A stretch of DNA of 64,000 nucleotides from Hyphomicrobium sp. Lineage in GTDB: Bacteria; Pseudomonadota; Alphaproteobacteria; Rhizobiales; Hyphomicrobiaceae. Under the pieces are notes generated by a model. It was not told the DNA's origin. It searched no databases and saw only the letters and a list, made by a program, of their open reading frames with translations. The translations under genes were made by a program, and so were the position numbers. Of the stretch, positions 39,647 to 49,118 are shown piece after piece (the stretch's first letter is position 1; the number at the start of each line of letters is the position of its first letter). The stretch is from NCBI GenBank assembly GCA_035445405.1, contig DAOMQQ010000002.1, positions 5,803-69,802 of the forward strand, in the 5' to 3' direction.

Positions 39647-41439
39647 CCTCGGATCTCGATCGGCTCTGCGAAGAAAGGGGGATCGAACTCTCCTATATCA
39701 GCGAGACGGGCGAGCACGTCATCCTTGCCGACGACGTGAAGCGGGCGCTTCTCGAGACCTTGGGCGACGGCGTCGATGCTTCGGTTTGTGCGGACGAGCC
39801 CCTGGCCAAGGAGTCCCGCTGCTTCATTCCCGGCTGGCTGAGAGTGAGCCGAGCATGGGGCGTCACGGTGCAGCTCTTCGGCGTGCGGTCCGCACGCAAC
39901 CACGGCATTGGCGATTTTGAGGATGTCGCACGCCTCTGCGAGCTGCTGGGACCGTTCGGCGCCGATTTTCTCGGTATCAATCCGGTTCATGCGCTCTTCC
40001 TGGCGGATCCGACGCGGACGAGCCCTTACTCTCCCTCGACGCGGCGGTATCTCAATCCGCTCAATCTTGCGCTCGACAAGGTGGAAGGCGCGGCGCACGC
40101 CTTGTCCCATGACGAGAGCGAGGCTCTGCGATCCGGCGATCACGTCGATTACGCGGCTGTGACAGACTTGAAACGCCGAGCGCTCGAGCACGCCTTTGCG
40201 CTGGGCGTTTCGGAGGCGGGCTTCGAGGCATTCTGCAATCGGGAAGGCAGGGCGCTGGATGATTTTGCGACCTTCGAGGTGTTGAGCGAATGGTTCGCCG
40301 GTCGCGGCTACGGCGCGGGGTGGCACACTTGGCCAGAGACATTCCATTCCGCTCAATCGGACAATGTCCTCGGGTTCCGGCACACGCACGCGCAACGGGT
40401 CCGTTTTCACAAATGGCTGCAATGGCTCGCCGACAAGCAGCTTGCGGATGCGCAGCGGCGCGCACGCGCGGCCGGGATGCGAATCGGGCTCTACCTCGAT
40501 CTCGCCGTCGGGGTTGCGCCTGACGGTGCGGCAACGTGGGCGCAGCCGAGAAGCTATGCGTCCCAAGTGCGCGTCGGTGCACCTCCGGATGCTTTCAACA
40601 GCGCCGGTCAGGATTGGGGTCTCTCGCCGATGCGGCCACAGGCTTTGTGCGGCACAGAGGCTGCCTTCGGGCACGATCTCGCCGCGGCCATGCGGTGGGC
40701 AGGTGCGGTCCGTTTGGATCACGCGATGGGGCTCAAGCGTCTCTACTGGATACCTGCGGATTTCGAAGCCCGCGCCGGCGGCTATATCCGCTACCCGTTG
40801 GAACGCACGCTCAAGGTTCTGGCGGAGCTCTCACAGGAAAAGCGCGTCATCGTCATCGGCGAAGATCTCGGCACCGTACCGGCCGGTTTCCGCGACATCA
40901 TGGAAAGGGCAGGCCTGCTCGGCTATCGCGTCTTCTACTTCGAGAGGGAGGACGACGGCCGATTTCGCTCGCCTCGATCCTACACGACCGAAGCGTTGGC
41001 TTGCGTTTCTACACACGATCTCCCGCCTTTTCAGGGGTGGTGGGATGGAGGTGACATCGCAGCCCGCGAAGGGCTCGGCAAGCTCGATGCCGGCGATGCC
41101 GCGGTGCTTCGCAATGCGCGGGGCGAAGACCGCAACCGGCTTCTAAAGGCCCTGACCGCGGAAGCTCTCGTGCCGGATGGAGACGATACGGAGGTGTCCG
41201 CGGACGACATCCTCACGGCTGTTCATGTCTTTCTGGCGCGCACGCCGTGCCGCTTGTGCGCGGTTCAGCTCGAAGACCTCTGCCGGGCGACCGAGCAGGT
41301 CAACATGCCTGGCACGCACCGCGAATACCGCAACTGGAGCCTCAGGCTTCCGCTGACCCTCGAGGAGCTGGCTGACGATCCTCTCGTTTTGCGCACGCTC
41401 GGGGCGGTTGCGCGGGAACGTCCGAAGGTGCTGCCATGA
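39643..41439 (+). CDS. malQ: 4-alpha-glucanotransferase (amylomaltase)
   Basis: GIGDF, SPYSPSTR, YLDLAVGV, GAPPD, GQDWG, RLDHAMG, GEDLG, THDLP, VNMPGT..EY.NW. Confidence 0.94.
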   Translation: MTSDLDRLCEERGIELSYISETGEHVILADDVKRALLETLGDGVDASVCADEPLAKESRCFIPGWLRVSRAWGVTVQLFGVRSARNHGIGDFEDVARLCELLGPFGADFLGINPVHALFLADPTRTSPYSPSTRRYLNPLNLALDKVEGAAHALSHDESEALRSGDHVDYAAVTDLKRRALEHAFALGVSEAGFEAFCNREGRALDDFATFEVLSEWFAGRGYGAGWHTWPETFHSAQSDNVLGFRHTHAQRVRFHKWLQWLADKQLADAQRRARAAGMRIGLYLDLAVGVAPDGAATWAQPRSYASQVRVGAPPDAFNSAGQDWGLSPMRPQALCGTEAAFGHDLAAAMRWAGAVRLDHAMGLKRLYWIPADFEARAGGYIRYPLERTLKVLAELSQEKRVIVIGEDLGTVPAGFRDIMERAGLLGYRVFYFEREDDGRFRSPRSYTTEALACVSTHDLPPFQGWWDGGDIAAREGLGKLDAGDAAVLRNARGEDRNRLLKALTAEALVPDGDDTEVSADDILTAVHVFLARTPCRLCAVQLEDLCRATEQVNMPGTHREYRNWSLRLPLTLEELADDPLVLRTLGAVARERPKVLP

Positions 41440-44117
41440 CAGTGCCGCTCGCGACATACCGCATCCAGCTCCGGGAGGGCATGGATTTCGACGCCGTCGC
41501 GGCGCTCGCGTCCCATCTCGCCGCACTCGGCGTGTCGCATTGCTATCTCTCGCCGATCACGACGGCGATGCAGGGGTCGACACACGGCTACGATGTCGTC
41601 GACTTCGGCACCATCGACCCGGTGCTTGGCGGTCGGGACGGCTTCGTAGCTATGGCGCGTGAATTGAAGCGCTACAACCTGAGTATCCTGCTCGATATCG
41701 TGCCCAACCATATGGCCGCGAGCCCGATGAACCGGTGGTGGCGCGACGTGCTGGAATGGGGCCAGGCGAGTGCCGACGCGCTCCACTTCGACATCGACTG
41801 GAGCGCGCCGAAGCTTTTGCTCCCGGTGCTCGGCACCCATTATGCCGATGCGCTCGCGGAGGGTGCGCTGACGCTCTCGTGCGATCGCGCTGCAGGCAAG
41901 CTCTTCATGCGCTATGGCGCGCTCGATCTTCCGCTCACGCCGCCGTCCTATAGCCATGTGCTCGGCCTCGTGCCCGGTGATCATTATTCCGAGCTTGCTC
42001 TAAGGTTTGCTTCGTGCTCGCCGGGGGGCACGCAAGAGCTGACAACCGCGCTGGCAGAGGTGCTTTCCGGTGACGAAACGGGATTTGACGATGCCGTCTC
42101 TGCGATCAATGCCGACAAGGATGGGCTTCATCATATTCACGAGCAGCAGGTGTGGAGACTTGCGCACTGGCGGCTGGCCCGCGAGGACCTCACCTATCGG
42201 CGCTTCTTCGAAATATCCGATCTCGTGGGTGTCCGTGTCGAAGATCCGGCTGTGTTCGACGACGTGCACGCGTGCGTCGTCGACCTCGTACGGGACGGGC
42301 TCGTTGACGGCCTTCGCGTCGATCATATCGACGGCCTCGCCGATCCGCTGGGCTATTTGCGGCGCCTTCGGGCGGCCGTCGGCGAGGGGACGTACATCGT
42401 CGTCGAGAAGATTCTCGGGCCGGGCGAGGTGCTGCGGCCGAGCTGGCCCGTTGCCGGCACGACGGGGTATGAGTTCATCTCCGATCTGGCGCGCCTCTTC
42501 GTGCACCCTGCGGCCGACACGTTGACACGGGCCTATGTCACGGCAACCGGGGAAAGTGGCGACGTCGATGCGGCCGTTACGGAGGCCAAGCGACGGACGT
42601 TCAACCGCAACCTCGCCGGCGAGCTCGACTATTTGACCCATCTCGCGGTGGAGCTTGCGCAGGCCGACGTCGCGACGCGCGACCTTGGCTCCAACACTCT
42701 GCGCCGAGCGATCGTGGAGTTGGCATCGGCTTTGCCGGTTTACCGGACGTATGTGGATGCCGCCGGTCCTGCTCCGGAGGATCAGGATCTGATCGCACGC
42801 AGCGTGGCCCGCGCGCGCTCGTCCGGTGAGGTCGAGGACGAATTGGCTTTCGATCTTTTGACCGGTCTCCTGCTTCTGACGGGGGCGACGGCCGAGCGTC
42901 AGGCTGCTGCGCTTGGCTTTGCGGCGCGTTTTCAGCAGACGAGCGGGCCGCTCATGGCCAAGTCGCTGGAAGATACCGTCTTCTACAGATTCAATCGTCT
43001 TATTGCGCTGAACGAGGTGGGCGGCGAGGCCAGCCTGCAAGGCGGCAGTGCCGGCGATGTGCACGCCAGCATGATGCGACGCCTGGAACGGGCGCCGTGC
43101 TCGCTCTCCGCAACGACCACGCACGACACGAAGCGCGGCGAGGATGCGCGCGCGCGGCTCTATGCCATCAGCGAAGCCCCCGAACACTGGAGCACGTCCG
43201 TCGGACGCTGGATGCGCATGAATGCGGCGCTACGCTCCGGCACGGAGGGCGATCCGCTGCCGGATGCAAATGCCGAGTGGCTCTATTACCAGGCGCTGTT
43301 GGGCGCGTGGCCGGCAGAGCTCCGGCCGGACGATCCGAGCAGCCTTTCCGAGCTTGCGGACCGCATGTCAGCTTTCATGATCAAGGCGGCACGCGAGGCG
43401 AAGCGGCATACGAGCTGGACCCGAATCGACGCGGGCTACGAGGATGCGCTAACGACATTCGCGACGAGGAGCCTGGATCCGGGGCGCTCCGCCGTCTTCT
43501 TGCGCGACTTTGCGGAGACCGCGCGGCCGTTCCTCGTCGCCGGATCTATCACGAGCCTCACCCAGCTTGCGATCAAGCTGCTCGCACCCGGTGTTCCGGA
43601 CCTCTATCAAGGATCGGAACTGTGGGATCTCTCGCTCGTTGATCCCGACAACCGCCGGCCGGTCGATTATGACGCGCGACGCGCGTATTTCGATCCGGGA
43701 CGGCGCAGCTTCGGCGACTTGTTCTCGCAATGGGAAAGCGGTGCGGTCAAGCTCGCCGCGCTCCGCGCGATCCTTGGCGTGCGTGCGACTTTTGGCGAGG
43801 GCATCATCGATGCCGACTACATTCCGCTGCATGTGGAGGGGCCGCGGTCGGAATACATCTTTGCGTTCGCGAGGAGGGTCGGTGAAAAATTCGTCATCAT
43901 CGCCGGTGTGCGATTTGCCTATCGCCTTTTCGAGACCGCAGGACGACCTACATTAACTCGAGAGATATGGGATGGGACGGGCATCGTATGTCCGCCGGAT
44001 CTTAACGCAACGCGGCTCACAAGCGTTTTCCAGGGGCATGACGTGACCTTCGCCGAAGGACGCATCGGCCTGGATCAGGTCCTGGACAATTTTCCCGTCG
44101 CCGTCCTCACCAACTGA
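41436..44117 (+). CDS. treY: Malto-oligosyltrehalose synthase
   Basis: ATYRIQL, GSTHGYDV, DIVPNHM, YRRFF, GLRVDHIDGL.DP, VEKIL, THDTKRGED, SLVDPDNRRPVD. Confidence 0.96.
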   Translation: MTVPLATYRIQLREGMDFDAVAALASHLAALGVSHCYLSPITTAMQGSTHGYDVVDFGTIDPVLGGRDGFVAMARELKRYNLSILLDIVPNHMAASPMNRWWRDVLEWGQASADALHFDIDWSAPKLLLPVLGTHYADALAEGALTLSCDRAAGKLFMRYGALDLPLTPPSYSHVLGLVPGDHYSELALRFASCSPGGTQELTTALAEVLSGDETGFDDAVSAINADKDGLHHIHEQQVWRLAHWRLAREDLTYRRFFEISDLVGVRVEDPAVFDDVHACVVDLVRDGLVDGLRVDHIDGLADPLGYLRRLRAAVGEGTYIVVEKILGPGEVLRPSWPVAGTTGYEFISDLARLFVHPAADTLTRAYVTATGESGDVDAAVTEAKRRTFNRNLAGELDYLTHLAVELAQADVATRDLGSNTLRRAIVELASALPVYRTYVDAAGPAPEDQDLIARSVARARSSGEVEDELAFDLLTGLLLLTGATAERQAAALGFAARFQQTSGPLMAKSLEDTVFYRFNRLIALNEVGGEASLQGGSAGDVHASMMRRLERAPCSLSATTTHDTKRGEDARARLYAISEAPEHWSTSVGRWMRMNAALRSGTEGDPLPDANAEWLYYQALLGAWPAELRPDDPSSLSELADRMSAFMIKAAREAKRHTSWTRIDAGYEDALTTFATRSLDPGRSAVFLRDFAETARPFLVAGSITSLTQLAIKLLAPGVPDLYQGSELWDLSLVDPDNRRPVDYDARRAYFDPGRRSFGDLFSQWESGAVKLAALRAILGVRATFGEGIIDADYIPLHVEGPRSEYIFAFARRVGEKFVIIAGVRFAYRLFETAGRPTLTREIWDGTGIVCPPDLNATRLTSVFQGHDVTFAEGRIGLDQVLDNFPVAVLTN

Positions 44118-44143
44118 AATGCCATGGGCGCGTATTCGCGGAG

Positions 44144-46564
44144 GTGACTTTGCTCGATCAGCTAAAACATTCGGCCGAGATCCGCCATGAGCTGCTCAAC
44201 CAGCTTCGTCGCAATGTCGGCGTGTCGGAAGCGGACGCCACGCCTCGCGACTGGTTGCGCGCAGTCTCGCTCACCGTGCGCGGCCAGATGGTCGACCGCT
44301 ACCATGAAATGAACCACCGTCTGGCTTCGGAAAAGACCAAGCAGGTGTCGTTTCTGTCGATGGAATTTCTCATGGCACGCCAGCTCGACGGCGCGCTTCT
44401 CGCCATGGGATTGCGCGAGGCCTATGTCGACACGTTGGCGCAATTCGGCGTGACGCTGGACGATCTTTTCGAACTCGAGCCGGATCCCGCCCTCGGCAAC
44501 GGCGGCCTTGGCCGGTTGGCTGCGTGCTTCATCGAATCCATGGCCAGCTCCGGCATTCATGCCTTCGGCTATGGGATCCGCTACGAATACGGGATGTTTC
44601 GCCAAGAAATCGCGGACGGATGGCAGGTCGAGCAACCCGACGACTGGCTGGCTCACAGTAATCCGTGGGAGTTCGAGCGACCGGAGCCGAGCTATACGAT
44701 CGGGATCGGCGGGCATGTGGAGCATCGCGATCATCGCGCAATCTGGTATCCATCCGAGCAGATTATCGCTGTGCCGCATGACGTTCTCGTTCCCGGTCTC
44801 GGCGGAGAGACCGTCAACACGTTGCGCCTCTGGGGTGCAAAGCCGGTGACCGCCTTCGACATCGCGAGCTTCAATCGGGGTCGCTATCTCGAGGCGCTCG
44901 CGCCCAAGATCCGCTCGAAGGCCGTCACTCGTCTGCTTTATCCGGACGACAGCACGGCGGAGGGGCGCGAGCTGCGTTTGCGTCAGGAGCACTTTTTTGC
45001 ATCGGCGTCGGTGCAAGATATCGTGCGACGGTTCCAGAAGACCCACGGAAGCGAGTGGTCGCGCCTGCCGGATCAGGTCGCGGTTCATTTGAACGATACC
45101 CATCCGGCCCTCGCGCCTGCCGAGATGATGCGCCTGCTTGTCGATGTGCATCACCTGCCCTGGGACGAGGCGCTGGCGCTTTCGCGCGAGGCGTTCTCGT
45201 ACACGAACCACACTCTCATGCCGGAGGCGCTGGAGGTTTGGCAGGCAGATCTTATTCACCGCATCGCGCCGCGTCATCTCGAGATCATCGAAGAGATCGA
45301 TCGGCGGTTTGTCTCGAGCCTCCGGAGTGGGCCGCATCGAGTGGATCCGGATCGCGTTGCGGTCGTCCGGGACGACGATCGGGCGCGCATCGTCAATATG
45401 GGGCGCTTTTCCGTTCTCATGAGCCATCGCGTCAACGGCGTTTCACAGCTGCACAGCGGTCTCGTCAAGGAGCGGCTCTTTCCCGAATTTGCCACTCTCT
45501 ATCCGGATCGCTTTCTGAACGTCACGAACGGAATCTCACCGCGGCTGTGGCTGTTCCAGACGAACCCCGGGCTGGTGCGACTGATCGACAAACACCTTGG
45601 GAAGAGTTGGCGTGATGCCTTCGATCTCACCGGCCTCTTGTCCTTCGTCGATCGCGACGAGGTGCTGGACGAGCTGCGGGCCGTCAAGGCGGAAAACAAG
45701 CGGCGCCTTGCGAACGTCATTGCCCAGCGAACCCATATCGAGGTCGATCCGTCTTCCCTTTTCGACGTCCAGATCAAACGCATTCACGAATATAAGCGGC
45801 AGCTCCTGAACATCCTTGGGGTGGTTGCGCGGTGGAATGCGATCAAATCGGATCCCGCCGCGGGCTGGGCGCCCCGCACCGTGCTGCTTGCGGGCAAGGC
45901 TGCGTCCAGCTACTGGCAGGCGAAACTGATCATCAAACTCGCGCACGACATCTCCACCCGTATCAACGGAGATCCCGAAACGGCGCATCTTCTCAAGCTT
46001 GTGTTCCTGCCGAATTACAATGTGTCTCTCGCCGAATGCATCATTCCGGCAGCCGACCTTTCGCAGCAAATTTCGCTCGCGGGAACGGAGGCATCCGGAA
46101 CAGGAAACATGAAGCTCGCCCTCAACGGTGCGTTGACGCTGGGGACTCGCGACGGAGCGAACATCGAGATTGCCGAGGCCGTGGGGGAGGACCTTGTTTT
46201 TTTCTTCGGCCTGAACGTCGAAGATGTCGATCGGAAAAAGCGCGACGGATATGTGCCCATCGATGTTTGCAACGGGGACAATCGCATTCGGACAGTTCTG
46301 GAGCAGATCGCACGCGGAGATTTCTCGCCGGACGATCCGCATCGTTTCGAGCCCGTCGTGAAGTCGCTTCTGCACGACGGAGACCGCTACATGGTGCTTG
46401 CCGATTTTGCCGACTATTGGCGGGCACAAAGAGACGTGGACGCGCTTTGGCACGATCAGCGCGAATGGTCGCGCCGCGCGCTGATTAACATCGCCCAGAT
46501 GGGCTCCTTTTCAGCCGACAGGACGGTGCGGGCGTATGCCGACGCGATCTGGCGAGTGACATAG
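44144..46564 (+). CDS. glgP: Glycogen/alpha-glucan phosphorylase
   Basis: LGNGGLGRLAAC, LYPDD, LNDTHP, YTNHT, KRIHEYKRQLL, EASGTGNMK (PLP lysine). Confidence 0.96.
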   Translation: MTLLDQLKHSAEIRHELLNQLRRNVGVSEADATPRDWLRAVSLTVRGQMVDRYHEMNHRLASEKTKQVSFLSMEFLMARQLDGALLAMGLREAYVDTLAQFGVTLDDLFELEPDPALGNGGLGRLAACFIESMASSGIHAFGYGIRYEYGMFRQEIADGWQVEQPDDWLAHSNPWEFERPEPSYTIGIGGHVEHRDHRAIWYPSEQIIAVPHDVLVPGLGGETVNTLRLWGAKPVTAFDIASFNRGRYLEALAPKIRSKAVTRLLYPDDSTAEGRELRLRQEHFFASASVQDIVRRFQKTHGSEWSRLPDQVAVHLNDTHPALAPAEMMRLLVDVHHLPWDEALALSREAFSYTNHTLMPEALEVWQADLIHRIAPRHLEIIEEIDRRFVSSLRSGPHRVDPDRVAVVRDDDRARIVNMGRFSVLMSHRVNGVSQLHSGLVKERLFPEFATLYPDRFLNVTNGISPRLWLFQTNPGLVRLIDKHLGKSWRDAFDLTGLLSFVDRDEVLDELRAVKAENKRRLANVIAQRTHIEVDPSSLFDVQIKRIHEYKRQLLNILGVVARWNAIKSDPAAGWAPRTVLLAGKAASSYWQAKLIIKLAHDISTRINGDPETAHLLKLVFLPNYNVSLAECIIPAADLSQQISLAGTEASGTGNMKLALNGALTLGTRDGANIEIAEAVGEDLVFFFGLNVEDVDRKKRDGYVPIDVCNGDNRIRTVLEQIARGDFSPDDPHRFEPVVKSLLHDGDRYMVLADFADYWRAQRDVDALWHDQREWSRRALINIAQMGSFSADRTVRAYADAIWRVT

Positions 46565-46580
46565 GCGGGGCAAGCAACCG

Positions 46581-47195
46581 TTACGACTTTTTTGCTGATC
46601 TATAGGGAGCTCGCTGCAAGAGTTCCGCGAGATGCACCGCATTGGCGGCTGCGGTTGCCGTGGCCGAAGCGGTGGTGTCCGGTGTCGAGCCGAGATCCTG
46701 ATAGTCCGTCTTTTGCATGGCCTCGCCGACCCAGTAGGTTGACCCGGCGGCAGGGATCGTAAACCCGACGTCCGCAAGGGCTTGGTACAACTCGGCGGTG
46801 ACATGATGGGCACCGTCCTCGTTTCCGACCACCGCGACGATTGCCACCCGGCCAAAGCTCATCATGCGGCCGTCGTCATCGGTTTCTCCGAGGAAGGCGT
46901 CCATGCGCTCGAGAACGCGCTTGGCGATGCTCGACGGCTGTCCGAGCCAGATCGGAGTTCCGAACACCAAAATGTTCGATGCGAGGATGCGACGGCGCAG
47001 CTCCGGCCATTCGTCGCCATCGCCTTCGTCGCTGGTTACGCCAGGGTGGATTCTCAGATTGGCGACACGGACGGGAGGTCCGTCGCGTTGGCAGCCGTGC
47101 TCTTTCATGGCGTCCAAAACTTCGCCAACGAGCTTGTCAGTAGACGATTGTGCGGTGCCTCGTTTCAGAGAGCAGTTGAGCGCAAGGGCGCGCAT
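46581..47195 (-). CDS. Flavodoxin-like / NADPH-dependent FMN reductase family protein
   Basis: LALNCSLK, PGV.SDEG.GDEWP, GTPIWLGQPSS, VGNEDGAHH; GGAGG RBS. Confidence 0.88.
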   Translation of the reverse strand: MRALALNCSLKRGTAQSSTDKLVGEVLDAMKEHGCQRDGPPVRVANLRIHPGVTSDEGDGDEWPELRRRILASNILVFGTPIWLGQPSSIAKRVLERMDAFLGETDDDGRMMSFGRVAIVAVVGNEDGAHHVTAELYQALADVGFTIPAAGSTYWVGEAMQKTDYQDLGSTPDTTASATATAAANAVHLAELLQRAPYRSAKKS

Positions 47196-47397
47196 GGTCG
47201 CCTCCATGTGGAAGTCGCTGTGGGCATTGGTTCGAACGGCAATAATTAGAGGAGCGCATGCCCGTCCGTTCGGCGGATTTTGCGGACGTGCTGGTCGTCT
47301 CCGTGAAGTGCCGGTGGGCGACAATGGTTCCCTTGCGATGAGATCCGCCATCGTGAGCGGGATCTGCCCTGAGTGGCGCGATGGCGAGTTTTACGAT

Positions 47398-48288
47398 TCA
47401 AATTTTCCAGAGAAGAGCTCTCATGCGTGGAGGCAAGGGCTCGCAGGTGATGTGATCGAGCCGTCGGTTGAGCTCATGGGCCACCGCCGCGCGGATGCAA
47501 GCTGGCGCGCCCCCTTCGTCGGCTCGCCAACGCGCGTATGAAACGCCGAACCTCTCCTGGAGGTCTCTTCGCTCATACGCCATGCCGATCGCGATATAGA
47601 GCGTCAGGAACGAGGCGAGCAGGGCATGCCCCACGGTCATGTGGGGCGTCATCCAAATGCCGAGGATCACACCGACATACATGGGATGCTCGAGATAGCG
47701 GTAAAGCCAGGACGTCTTGAGCCTCAGCGGTGGATGCGGTCTGCACCGAAACCACGCCCATGCCTGCCTAAGGCCGAGCAACTCCCAGATGTTCATGGAG
47801 AGAGCGGCTGAGAGGAGAATGAGCCAGCCTGCAGCGAACGCGCACCAGATGAGACCTTCCAGCAGGCTGTTGTCGATCGTCCACAACGGTGTCGGGATCG
47901 GCTGCCAAAGGGCCAGAAAAAACATCCCTGTTACGTTCGCTGCATGCACATACGTTGCCCGTTCCAAAGCTTCCGGAATGGAGCGGGCGAGCGCGGCCTT
48001 GAACCAGGGGCGGGCCATCAGCGAATGCTGCAGGCAAAATATGGAAACCAGGCCGACGTTGATCAGCGCAGCCGTAAGCGGCTCCACGGTCTGTCCGACG
48101 TCGACCGTGGTTTCCAGCCAGGGCGAAGAGCGTTTGGGGAAGTTCCCGAGAAAGAGGACGAACCAGGTGAAAAAGATCCATGTTCCGGTGAAGGCGGCAA
48201 GGCCATAGGCCAATCCCAGGGATCGGATCCAGGCGCCGTGTTTCCTTTGTCGTGGGCGCCAGATCGTCTGACGTTGCTCACCGTGCAT
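47398..48288 (-). CDS. MddA-like (methanethiol S-methyltransferase / ICMT-family) membrane methyltransferase with C-terminal extension
   Basis: QHSLMARP.FK, ERATYV, WQPIP..LW, ELLGLRQ, LYRYLEHPMYVG, W.TP.MT.GH, YI.IG..YERRDL...FG.Y. Confidence 0.75.
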   Translation of the reverse strand: MHGEQRQTIWRPRQRKHGAWIRSLGLAYGLAAFTGTWIFFTWFVLFLGNFPKRSSPWLETTVDVGQTVEPLTAALINVGLVSIFCLQHSLMARPWFKAALARSIPEALERATYVHAANVTGMFFLALWQPIPTPLWTIDNSLLEGLIWCAFAAGWLILLSAALSMNIWELLGLRQAWAWFRCRPHPPLRLKTSWLYRYLEHPMYVGVILGIWMTPHMTVGHALLASFLTLYIAIGMAYERRDLQERFGVSYARWRADEGGAPACIRAAVAHELNRRLDHITCEPLPPRMRALLWKI

Positions 48289-48302
48289 TCGAATGATCCG
48301 CT

Positions 48303-48342
48303 CGTGTTTGTGTGATTGCGTGTTTGTGTGATTGCGTGTTTG
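48303..48342. repeat. 16 bp tandem repeat (2.5 copies)
   Basis: (CGTGTTTGTGTGATTG)x2 plus CGTGTTTG. Confidence 0.9.
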
Positions 48343-48568
48343 CGCCTCAACTGGAGGGGCGCACTTCGAGATAGACTAGCTCGCCTGACGGTGTGCGGGT
48401 TCCGTCTGGCCTTTCCATCAGAGGTTCCAGTTCTTTCGTGCGGAGCGACATGAAGGAGAGCGAGACGCTGCGGTGACGGAGGCTGACCGCCGATCCTCAC
48501 CGCAACGAGCTGGATATCTTGACCGGCCTATCTGACATACGGGCACTCAAGAAACGCGTTTCAAGGCC

Positions 48569-48593
48569 GGAACTTGCTTGGATAATGGTCGTT
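48569..48593 (+). promoter_or_regulatory. Consensus sigma-EcfG promoter
   Basis: GGAAC-N16-CGTT, about 42 bp before GTG 48636. Confidence 0.7.
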
Positions 48594-48635
48594 CATTTCC
48601 AAGCAACGGGCACCGCTCCGGAAAGGATCGTGCGG

Positions 48636-49040
48636 GTGTTCAGGAACATCAGAGAATCGATTTCAGCTAAAATGGCGTCTTACGGAGCGTCTGCCGGCAT
48701 GATGGCGTGCCTGGCGCTGGCGGCCGCATTCGCGCTCGGTGCGGGTGTCGTTTGGCTGGCCCAGTATGTGGGGCCCATTTGGTCTCCTCTCTCGTTCTCG
48801 GCGGCGTTCCTCCTGCTTGCTTTGGTTTTCAAGCTCATCAGCAGCTCGAAAGACGAGGAGGCTTCCGAAAATCTCGAGGAGGCCGGGCAACAGGCGAGCG
48901 ATGCCGTCAACGCCGTTTCCATTGCCGCAAAGACGGCCGCAGTCGCAGTGCCCGCGAAACCGTCGGTGCTGATACCGGTGCTGGTTGCGGCTGGCGTTTT
49001 GATGGTGATCCTCGGCCAAGAGAAGCGCGCCGAGCATTAA
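48636..49040 (+). CDS. Hypothetical membrane protein
   Basis: Two N-terminal TM helices plus a C-terminal hydrophobic segment; AAGGA RBS before the GTG. Confidence 0.65.
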   Translation: MFRNIRESISAKMASYGASAGMMACLALAAAFALGAGVVWLAQYVGPIWSPLSFSAAFLLLALVFKLISSSKDEEASENLEEAGQQASDAVNAVSIAAKTAAVAVPAKPSVLIPVLVAAGVLMVILGQEKRAEH

Positions 49041-49118
49041 TCCTGACGGTTGTCCCGAACAATCGTCGAGACGTTGAAAGCGTTTGAGGCCCTGCTTCGT
49101 GCGCGCGGAAGGACTGCG

